Assembly (NCBI GenBank): GCA_903872035.1
Contig: CAIQIZ010000028.1
Location: forward strand, 24,038-88,037
DNA: 64,000 nucleotides
Direction of reading: 5' to 3'
Source of the DNA: an uncultured bacterium
GTDB taxonomy: Bacteria > Patescibacteriota > Minisyncoccia > Phycocordibacterales > PALSA-1337
The translations under genes and the position numbers were made by a program. Every line of letters starts with the position of its first letter. Positions within the stretch are counted from its first letter, which is position 1. This document shows, one piece after another, positions 47,390 to 54,637 of this stretch. Below the pieces are notes generated by a model. The model was given only the letters and a program-made list of their open reading frames with translations. It was not told where the DNA came from and searched no databases.

Positions 47390-47436
47390 ATTGTATGTCT
47401 TATAAAGGACAATGTAAAGGTCATAACTGTGGATAA
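47390..47436 (-). promoter_or_regulatory. Sigma70 promoter with an adjacent perfect DnaA box
   Basis: TACAAT 47395-47390, TTTACA 47418-47413, TTATCCACA 47436-47428. Confidence 0.65.
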
Positions 47437-47467
47437 CTCGAGAATAAGTATGTCCTATATAAATAAT

Positions 47468-48970
47468 CTATGAGACATAGTGTTTTGCCCTTATTTCTCC
47501 TAGCTCTTTTTGCTCTTCTTGTTCTTTCTTCTCCTTCCCTTTCTCTGCTATTTTTCTCAATTCAGCTTCCGGGAGAGCTAAAAATTCCTTAGTTCTTTGC
47601 ACTAAATAATCTTCTGTATTTAATTTCGGATCATCCAAAACTTCCTCCATTAACGCATTCAATATCACGCCTATCTTTGGACCCGGACTCATCTTACCAA
47701 CCTCCATAATTTTCTGTCCATCGATCTTCAGCATTTTTACCGATACTGGATCTCTAAGTGCTTCTTCAATCATAGATTTGTATTTCCTTAGTCGGTAAGG
47801 ATTTTCCTTAGGTCTGCCGGTTCCTATGCGGTCGCAAGCACGGAGGTTCATTAGGTCCCATATATTCTCTTTACCGACGTTTACGATCATTCTTCGGACG
47901 GCAGAAAGGCTAATTGTAGCCGTATCAGCGAAAAACATGTGCCAACGCACCAGTTTCGTCACTTTTTCTATTGTTCCACGTGAAAACTTGAGTTTTTCAA
48001 GGATTTTATGTGTTTCACGTGAACCAACTACTTCGTGGCCGTAGAACGTTGGTTGCTTTGTTTCGTGTGAAAACCCCTTCGTATTTGGCTTACCAACGTC
48101 ATGAAATAGGGCTGCTAGACGCATTTCAAGGCTAAAATCTTTGTCAGCAGCGTGCTGAACGGTTCTGAGGAGGTGTTCCCAGACGTCGAAAGCATGAGCA
48201 GATGGCTGCTTAACTCCCATACCAAGTTCTAATTCAGGGATAATGTATTGAAGTAGACCTGTACCGTGAAGCATTTCCAGGCCAGTTTTGGGGTTTGGCG
48301 ATAAAAGGATCTTTGTAAACTCATCACGAACTCGTTCTGCCGAGACGTCCTTTATGTGAGAATTAAGGCTCTGTATAGCCGTTAGAGTATCCTGATTACA
48401 CGTGAAACGTAGTTCAACAGCCAAACGAACGGCACGCATCATACGAAGTGCGTCCTCGTTAAAGCGGTCAGCTGGGTTCCCTACGGTTCTAATGATTTTG
48501 TCCTTTATATCCTGAAAGCCGCCAAATAGGTCGGTGATGTCCTTGATAGCTCCCTTAGACAAATTGACCGCAATGGCATTTATCGTAAAATCCCGCCTTT
48601 TCAGGTCATCTTCTAGAGATTTGCTGAATTTGACTTGATCTGGATGGCGTCGGTCAGAATAGCCTGATTCCAAGCGATAAGGGGTCACTTCTACGGCTTT
48701 GAGGGTCTCACCTTCAGTTTGCTCGTTTATGACTGCTACAGTGCCAAATTTGTTCTCGTAGACGGTTTTAGGAAAAAGTGACTGTATTTGCTCCGGCGTG
48801 GCATTTGTTGTTATGTCCCAGTCTCGAGGCTCCCTCCCTAGGAAGATGTCACGTACACAGCCACCAACTAGGTACGCTTCAAAACCACCCTTTTCCAGGG
48901 CTTCGACAATGTTGACAATTTCAGCAGGTATTACACTATTTTCGGCTTTTTTCACCTTATAATTGTACAA
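47468..48970 (-). CDS. cca: Class II tRNA nucleotidyltransferase (CCA-adding type) with HD domain
   Basis: YLVGGCVRD, DWDITT, DLKRRDFTINA, RFNEDALRMMR, HDVGK; start codon uncertain. Confidence 0.92.
   Translation of the reverse strand: MYNYKVKKAENSVIPAEIVNIVEALEKGGFEAYLVGGCVRDIFLGREPRDWDITTNATPEQIQSLFPKTVYENKFGTVAVINEQTEGETLKAVEVTPYRLESGYSDRRHPDQVKFSKSLEDDLKRRDFTINAIAVNLSKGAIKDITDLFGGFQDIKDKIIRTVGNPADRFNEDALRMMRAVRLAVELRFTCNQDTLTAIQSLNSHIKDVSAERVRDEFTKILLSPNPKTGLEMLHGTGLLQYIIPELELGMGVKQPSAHAFDVWEHLLRTVQHAADKDFSLEMRLAALFHDVGKPNTKGFSHETKQPTFYGHEVVGSRETHKILEKLKFSRGTIEKVTKLVRWHMFFADTATISLSAVRRMIVNVGKENIWDLMNLRACDRIGTGRPKENPYRLRKYKSMIEEALRDPVSVKMLKIDGQKIMEVGKMSPGPKIGVILNALMEEVLDDPKLNTEDYLVQRTKEFLALPEAELRKIAEKGKEKKEQEEQKELGEIRAKHYVS
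47972..48409. promoter_or_regulatory. Cluster of parS-like sites inside cca
   Basis: TGTTTCACGTGAACCA (48011-48026, 15/16 to TGTTNCACGTGAAACA), TGTTCCACGTGAAAAC (47972), GATTACACGTGAAACG (48394), weaker TGTTTCGTGTGAAAAC (48059). Confidence 0.75.
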
Positions 48971-49042
48971 TAATTTGGGATTTTTGCCAGTTTGAGCTAG
49001 TATTACACAGCAGCTTGTTTGATGACGGTAATAGCAAATCAG

Positions 49043-49114
49043 GCGCCCGTAGTGAAATGGATATCACATCAGTCTTCGGAACTGACGTTGCAGGTTCGAG
49101 TCCTGCCGGGCGCA
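49043..49114 (+). tRNA. tRNA-Arg(UCG), no encoded CCA
   Basis: Acceptor GCGCCCG/CGGGCGC, anticodon arm TCAGT-CTTCGGA-ACTGA, T-loop TTCGAGT. Confidence 0.95.
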
Positions 49115-49231
49115 CAAATTAGTTAGAGATCCGTACGTCATAAGTCCATAGAATTATGCGTTAATTTAGGCAATTTCTAGGTCGTTTTTGTCGCTTGAAA
49201 GTGAACCATTGACGCAGTATAATACAAGTCT

Positions 49232-49918
49232 ATGAAAAAAGATAAGGAACAGGCCACGGTCTTGAGACAGTCCGGAATGAGCTATTCTGACATCAGAGAG
49301 CGAATGGCTGTGCCGCTAAGCACTTTGTCAAAATGGTTTCACGATCAAAAGTGGTCAAACGACATTGCGATGGAGTCTGCCAAGAGGGCAAGAAGCTCGG
49401 CAGCCATACGGTTGACAGTGCTTAATACCGTCAGGGGCAGTCGACTTCGAAAGATATATGATGATGCCAGTCAAGATGCTCTGATTGACTATTCTGAGTT
49501 GAAGTTTCACCCGCTGTTCATGGCCGGGGTCATGATGTATTGGAGTCATGGTGATAAGACATCGAAGCAACGAATCTCTTTATCGAGCACGGATCCGAAA
49601 GTTATATCGATATTCAAGCTATTCCTGGAAAAGGTCTGTTCTGTAACAAATATGCGGGTACAAGTTTTGATTAGTCGTGAATACAATAGGGAAGTCGAAA
49701 TTCGAGGTTATTGGCAGGAAAACTGTCGTTTGCAGCCACAAAATTTCATTAAAACTATACAGAGCAAACAAATTAAGCCAAAAAAGCAAAGTAATAAGCC
49801 ATATTTCGGTGTTTGCAATCTTATAGTGAATAGTGCATACTTGAAAAACAAAATTTTGAAATGGGTTGAATTGATGTCAGAAGAGATAGTTCAAGAAAAA
49901 TACTTGAGTACAGTTTAG
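49232..49918 (+). CDS. HTH + LAGLIDADG-like fold protein
   Basis: N-terminal LRQSGMSYSDI...VPLSTLSKW HTH; LFMAGVMMYWSHGDK...ISLSSTDP LAGLIDADG-like helix and strand. Confidence 0.6.
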   Translation: MKKDKEQATVLRQSGMSYSDIRERMAVPLSTLSKWFHDQKWSNDIAMESAKRARSSAAIRLTVLNTVRGSRLRKIYDDASQDALIDYSELKFHPLFMAGVMMYWSHGDKTSKQRISLSSTDPKVISIFKLFLEKVCSVTNMRVQVLISREYNREVEIRGYWQENCRLQPQNFIKTIQSKQIKPKKQSNKPYFGVCNLIVNSAYLKNKILKWVELMSEEIVQEKYLSTV

Positions 49919-49934
49919 GGAAAGGGAGTCTAAT

Positions 49935-50005
49935 GCGGGTATAGTTTAGTGGTAGAACGTATCGTTGCCAACGATAAGATGGGAGTCCGATTCTCCCTAC
50001 CCGCA
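49935..50005 (+). tRNA. tRNA-Gly(GCC), no encoded CCA
   Basis: GCGGGTA/TACCCGC acceptor, TATCG-TTGCCAA-CGATA anticodon arm, T-loop TCCGATT. Confidence 0.93.
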
Positions 50006-50217
50006 CAGGAAGAAGGTGTTGCAGAACAATCATCGAAATTACGCATAGATCCATGTTTCAGGGACGATTTTTTGTTGTCTGTTAACAATGTCTCTGGAAA
50101 ATGGCTTACCACCGTAGATTAAAAGACAAACAGTGGATAAACCTGTGTACAGAGGTGATAAGAGACACGGAATATGGCTAACAATCGTTAATTTCTACTA
50201 ATTAATGACTTATTGAC

Positions 50218-50673
50218 ATGACTTTATCAACAAAAAGTGACCCAGATTATCAAAACGTTCGCGCTAGAAACAGACTAAAGGGAAACTTGGGTGAGAATAT
50301 AGCCTGTAAATACTTGATGGAAAGGGGATTTGATATTTCTGACAGGAATTATAGAAAACCATGGGGAGAATTGGACATTATTGCGGTCAAAGACAGTGTT
50401 ATTCATTTCGTTGAGGTAAAAAGTGTTGCAGTTAGGGGATTACCGTCGCTTAGATTAGAAAAGGGTTCAATTCATGATGGTTTGCCGGCTCATAGTCCCG
50501 AGGAAAATGTTCACGCTTTCAAATTGAAGCAAATCAGGAAGATGATAAGGACCTATTTTAGTGAGAGGGAGGTTGAATGCGAAAGAGAATTCCGGTTCCA
50601 TGTCATTTGCGTGTACCTAAATATGGATACTCGTTTGGCCCGCGTCCGCTGGATCGAAAATATTATTATATAA
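50218..50673 (+). CDS. yraN: YraN family (UPF0102) nuclease
   Basis: GNLGENIA..YL...G, NYRKPWGELDII, HFVEVK. Confidence 0.9.
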   Translation: MTLSTKSDPDYQNVRARNRLKGNLGENIACKYLMERGFDISDRNYRKPWGELDIIAVKDSVIHFVEVKSVAVRGLPSLRLEKGSIHDGLPAHSPEENVHAFKLKQIRKMIRTYFSEREVECEREFRFHVICVYLNMDTRLARVRWIENIII

Positions 50674-50755
50674 TTTTTGCCTTTTATGCTAGGATAGTTT
50701 CCATTGATGCTGGATTGCTGGTTGTTGTTAGCAGTAGGGGTCTGGTCTTTCAAAT

Positions 50756-50828
50756 CGGGGCGTGGTGTAACGGCTAACATGCCTCTTTTGGGAAGAGGTG
50801 ACTCCGGGTTCGAATCCCGGCGCCCCGA
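50756..50828 (+). tRNA. tRNA-Pro(UGG), no encoded CCA
   Basis: CGGGGCG/CGCCCCG acceptor, CCTCT-TTTGGGA-AGAGG anticodon arm, TTCGAAT T-loop. Confidence 0.95.
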
Positions 50829-50860
50829 CAAGCTTAGTGTGCTAAAATTACGAGAACATC

Positions 50861-51376
50861 ATGGTTCAAGATCCTGGAAATCCATATAAGAAAGTGATGA
50901 ATTTCTTTGATAAGTTTGAGGACCATGTTCGTGCTCGATTAAGCAGGTTTCCGATTCTCTATACATTTATTGGCGGCGTAGCCATTGTCTTGTTCTGGCG
51001 CGGTGTCTGGCATACGGCTGATATCTTGGAAGGACAGGGAGGGTGGCTCGGCTGGATATTCTATGAACCGATCAATTTGATCATTGTGGTCCTGATCCTG
51101 TTGGCGACTGGTCTCTTCGTCTCATACTTTATCGGAGACACGATTCTTATGAGTGGAATTAAGCAAGAAAAAAAGACGACTGATCGAACGGAGAAGGAGA
51201 TCAAGGAAGAGGAAGAAGAGATCAAAAAAGAGGATGCGGAAATCGCCAAGTTACGGACGAATATATCGGAAATGAAAACTGAGGTGGACGAAATCCGTGA
51301 TTTTGTCGAGCATGTCAGCAAAGAGCATTTAAAGCACGACAATAAGGCTGGAGAGAAAGGGAAGCTGTCAGAGTAG
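50861..51376 (+). CDS. Hypothetical membrane protein with coiled-coil tail
   Basis: FFDKFEDHVRARLSR, GGVAIVLFWRGVW, two TM segments. Confidence 0.75.
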   Translation: MVQDPGNPYKKVMNFFDKFEDHVRARLSRFPILYTFIGGVAIVLFWRGVWHTADILEGQGGWLGWIFYEPINLIIVVLILLATGLFVSYFIGDTILMSGIKQEKKTTDRTEKEIKEEEEEIKKEDAEIAKLRTNISEMKTEVDEIRDFVEHVSKEHLKHDNKAGEKGKLSE

Positions 51377-51414
51377 TGAAATATCCTAACTTTTGCTAGT
51401 ATATCTCACACAAA

Positions 51415-51485
51415 GCGGGATTAGTTAAATGGTATAATAACAGTTTTCCAAACTGTGGTCGGGAGTTCGATTCTCCCATCCCGCA
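51415..51485 (+). tRNA. tRNA-Gly(UCC), no encoded CCA
   Basis: GCGGGAT/ATCCCGC acceptor, ACAGT-TTTCCAA-ACTGT anticodon arm, TTCGATT T-loop. Confidence 0.93.
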
Positions 51486-51496
51486 CAAATTAAAAT

Positions 51497-52207
51497 CTAC
51501 ACATACTTCTCAAGCATCACATTGCCTTTGTCATCGATAGCGGCGAATGTTGAAGGTGTATGCGTCCAACAGCCTACATTCACGTAGTGGATGTGTGAAT
51601 CACCGTCATTGTGGATCTTTTCCATAGGCACGTGCGTATGGCCACAGAAAACGATCTCAGCATCTTGGGTCTTGGCATAAGCGATCGCACCGGTAGAGAC
51701 CTTCTTGGAAAGGCGTCGCAGGAACGCGTTAGATCTGTCCACGTACTTGATGAGATGCTGACCTTTTGGATCTAGACGTTGAAGATAGAGGAAGAATGAA
51801 TGGGCCATAGCATTGGTGCGGCTGTTGCTCTCGATGAAACCGTCGAATTGGTCGCCATGAACGGCTAGAAACTTCTTGTGGTTGTGTTCCCAGGCATAAT
51901 GTTCGTGTACAGGTATGCCGATTAGCTTCTTAACCGATCCTCTCATCTTGCGGTCGTGATTGCCTGAAATCCAGATGACCTCACAGCCGCTCTCGGGAGC
52001 TGCCAGTTTACGGATCATTTCCATAAATGATAGGTGGTCCTTATCAAGATGGTCAAAGGCGGAATTGTCTATGATATCTCCAAGAAGGATCAGCCGCTTG
52101 AATTTGTGCTGTTTGAGCAGGGAAGCGATCTGGCGGGCCTTGCCGACAGGAGATCCGAGGTGTGTATCAGACAGGATAAGTGTGTCGATTTTTGTATGGG
52201 GTGACAT
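51497..52207 (-). CDS. Calcineurin-like metallophosphoesterase (LpxH-like family)
   Basis: SDTHLG, GDIID, GNHD, HGD and GHTH motifs. Confidence 0.88.
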   Translation of the reverse strand: MSPHTKIDTLILSDTHLGSPVGKARQIASLLKQHKFKRLILLGDIIDNSAFDHLDKDHLSFMEMIRKLAAPESGCEVIWISGNHDRKMRGSVKKLIGIPVHEHYAWEHNHKKFLAVHGDQFDGFIESNSRTNAMAHSFFLYLQRLDPKGQHLIKYVDRSNAFLRRLSKKVSTGAIAYAKTQDAEIVFCGHTHVPMEKIHNDGDSHIHYVNVGCWTHTPSTFAAIDDKGNVMLEKYV

Positions 52208-52253
52208 AAGGGTTGTTATAGCCTTCGCCTCGGTCTAGTTTGGTATTGGCTAG

Positions 52254-52334
52254 TATAGCGGCAAGCGAGGATTTGTGGAAGCTTGCTTCCACAAGATCCG
52301 AGCGCAGACGACGTATGAGCGAAGCGATTATAGC
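52254..52334 (+). repeat. ~81 bp hairpin element, family 1, copy D
   Basis: tatagcggcaagcgaggatttgtggaagcttgcttccacaagatccgagcgcagacgacgtatgagcgaagcgattatagc. Confidence 0.85.
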
Positions 52335-52444
52335 AAAAATGCCAACAAAAAACCGCCTTTATGTGATTCAGTAGAATCGCTTATGGCGGCCTTTTGCTCG
52401 ATAGCAACAGCAGGAGTGCTGTTGTGTAAAATACACTAAAACTA

Positions 52445-52717
52445 CTATTTAACTGCGTCCTTGAGGGCCTTTGCGGCGCGGAACTTCGGAACCTTCATAG
52501 CCGGAACCTTGATGGCTTCGCCGGTGCGAGGATTGCGAGCTTCACGGGCAGCACGCTGCTTGACTGAGAAGATACCGAGACCGGCAATTGAGACCTCATC
52601 GCCCTTCTTGAGCGAGTCGATGATGCTGTTAATGGCTGTCTCGACCGCTTGCTCGGCTTGAACCTTGGTTCCTCCGAGAACTGCATGAACTGCGTCTACG
52701 ATTCCTGCTTTGTTCAT
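52445..52717 (-). CDS. hup: DNA-binding protein HU
   Basis: MNK..., GLGIFSV..RAAREARNPRTGE, PKFRAAKALKDAVK. Confidence 0.96.
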   Translation of the reverse strand: MNKAGIVDAVHAVLGGTKVQAEQAVETAINSIIDSLKKGDEVSIAGLGIFSVKQRAAREARNPRTGEAIKVPAMKVPKFRAAKALKDAVK

Positions 52718-52906
52718 AGTTATATTATTAGTCTATTAAGTGGTCTCGCCCGCCCGCACGCCACTGACGGCGGTCGGATGAGTTACGTACCATGGCTCAT
52801 ATTATACGTTAAGCCGTATTTTAGGCAATGGGGGAGTAAAGGTTGACGATATACAAGAAATAAGGCCGAATTGACGGCCTATTTCTGTGAATTGACTAGA
52901 AGAAGC

Positions 52907-53158
52907 CTACGAAATATGTTTGGAGATGGCTCCTGCCATTTTCATCATGTTTATCGGCTCATTACCGAGGACCTTGGCCAATTTTTCGTCAGGTTTGATC
53001 ATACGCTTGTCCTTGGAGTCCTGAAGATTGTTTGCCTTGATGTATACCCAGATCTTGGAAACGACCTCAGTTCTGGCCATTGGACCAGGACCGACTACCG
53101 CCGCCAGCTCTGGACTGACATTCTTGGGCTTCATGAATGCACTGTTTTCTTTTGCCAT
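52907..53158 (-). CDS. Stand-alone SWIB/MDM2 domain protein
   Basis: SPELAAVVG...RTEVVSKIWVYIKANNLQD..DKRMI.PDEKL. Confidence 0.92.
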   Translation of the reverse strand: MAKENSAFMKPKNVSPELAAVVGPGPMARTEVVSKIWVYIKANNLQDSKDKRMIKPDEKLAKVLGNEPINMMKMAGAISKHIS

Positions 53159-53263
53159 GTGATTGTTGTTAACTATTAATCGTAGTGGCTAATAGTAGCA
53201 CAGATTATGACGATGAGCTTTGAGCTGTTGTATTAATAGTTAACTTATGTTAACCTTTAAAGC

Positions 53264-53527
53264 ATGAATAATATAGAAAACAAGCCATATTACTCAACAG
53301 TCGAGGCGGCCAAGATTCTCGGAATGAGCAGGATCGCCGTATTCAAAAAGATCCGATCCGGCCAGCTAAAGAGCGAGCGTTTTGGACGTAATTACCTTAT
53401 CCCTCAAGATTCTTTAGCTTACAGTGCAGGTTTTTTGACTGCACTTAGGCGGAAGGAGTTGGATTCAGATGTTCGACGAATCATCAAGCAATATGGAGAC
53501 GCGCTAAGGAGGCTTTCTAAGGAATAG
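53264..53527 (+). CDS. Putative antitoxin: excisionase-like HTH with C-terminal Doc-partner-like helix
   Basis: YYSTVEAAKILGMSRIAVFKKIRSGQL..GRNYLIP; ends IIKQYGDALRRLSKE; 3 nt upstream of the doc-like gene. Confidence 0.7.
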   Translation: MNNIENKPYYSTVEAAKILGMSRIAVFKKIRSGQLKSERFGRNYLIPQDSLAYSAGFLTALRRKELDSDVRRIIKQYGDALRRLSKE

Positions 53528-53530
53528 GTC

Positions 53531-53944
53531 ATGAAGATCAAGCGTTTATCGATCGAAGATGTCGAGTTCATTGCGCATACATATGCCCAAACCTATTCTG
53601 ATTGGCATGAACCGATTCCAAGCTTCAAAGCTCGTTACGTGGGCGTGCTTGAACGGTGCTTGGCTGCGCCGCACCAGACATTTGAAGGTCAGCTATATGG
53701 CGGTCTAGTCAAGAAAGCGGCCATCTTGTTCTATCTCATGATAAAGAATCATCCTTTTCATGACGGAAACAAGAGACTGGCCTTGATCGCACTGCTTGTT
53801 TTTCTAGTCCGAAATGGAAAATGGCTAAATGCCAGCAATGATGAGCTCTATTTGCTAGCAATATCTATTGCCGGTAGTGAGGCCAAATCAAAAAGCTCGA
53901 CTGTGAAAGCAATCGAGCGATTTTTGAGGAAACATGTCTCTTGA
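53531..53944 (+). CDS. Fic/Doc family toxin (death-on-curing type)
   Basis: KAAILF..IKNHPFHDGNKRLA Doc-type motif. Confidence 0.88.
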   Translation: MKIKRLSIEDVEFIAHTYAQTYSDWHEPIPSFKARYVGVLERCLAAPHQTFEGQLYGGLVKKAAILFYLMIKNHPFHDGNKRLALIALLVFLVRNGKWLNASNDELYLLAISIAGSEAKSKSSTVKAIERFLRKHVS

Positions 53945-54055
53945 GGATTACCTCTTTATGCTATTAAAACAAAAATCCGCCTCGCGACGAATTTTCGTGC
54001 GAAGCGGAGGGGCAAGGTTCGCCCGGCTTACGTAGTTATCGAGTAGTGGTGCCGG

Positions 54056-54400
54056 TCAGTCTGGTTTTGGCACCATCGCCTTCACGTATCGCTCGCAGGC
54101 ATGGGTATATGTGATGCCCTCGTTTTGGTGAATAACCCTAAAGACAGATTGCGCGAGGTCTTGGATAGTACGGTCCTGGGTCATTACGTCCATTGGCCTT
54201 CTGAACCCGATCCTCTTTGGTGTTGTCACCGTAATGACGCATGTCACGTCGTTCGTTAATACGATGATGTCGCCAGGTTTTGTGCCAGCTAACTCGAGCG
54301 CGTGGTACTCGTCAATCTTTGATTGGGGCAACGGTTTAGAGTTGCAGCCAACGAGGATTAGGGCAACGGTGACGAGTAGAATCTGTAATGCAATTTTCAT
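54056..54400 (-). CDS. Small lipoprotein-like hypothetical protein
   Basis: MKIALQILLVTVALILVGC lipobox-like signal. Confidence 0.6.
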   Translation of the reverse strand: MKIALQILLVTVALILVGCNSKPLPQSKIDEYHALELAGTKPGDIIVLTNDVTCVITVTTPKRIGFRRPMDVMTQDRTIQDLAQSVFRVIHQNEGITYTHACERYVKAMVPKPD

Positions 54401-54568
54401 AATTTTTCCTTTCAGTCGTTTCTTTGGGGCTGCCATTCATTGGCAGGGCGTATGCTATTTAGCCGAACCCACTTCAAATTACTGCGTATATTATAGCACA
54501 GTCAGTGCTTAATAGTCAAGCAAAATGGCAAAAAAGGCCTCATTACAAGGCCAATTTGCGAATCTTAC

Positions 54569-54631
54569 GAGGTTTAACCTAAAACATTGTTAGTAGGTTA
54601 AACCTAAATCTGCTGTTTTAGGTCTGACCTA
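54569..54631. repeat. Three AGGTNNNACCT palindromes at an exact 25 bp period
   Basis: AGGTTTAACCT (54570), AGGTTAAACCT (54595), AGGTCTGACCT (54620). Confidence 0.85.
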
Positions 54632-54637
54632 TGTAGC

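Noticed and set aside
49981-51487. Similar 3' halves of the two tRNA-Gly genes as attL/attR of an island
   Set aside because: Both are complete tRNAs with different anticodons, so the similarity reflects paralogy.
51497-52207. LpxH implying lipid A synthesis
   Set aside because: Only generic metallophosphoesterase motifs are present and no other lpx genes are in the window.
54569-54631. CRISPR array
   Set aside because: Units of 11-13 bp with 12-14 bp spacers are far below CRISPR dimensions, and no cas genes are in the window.
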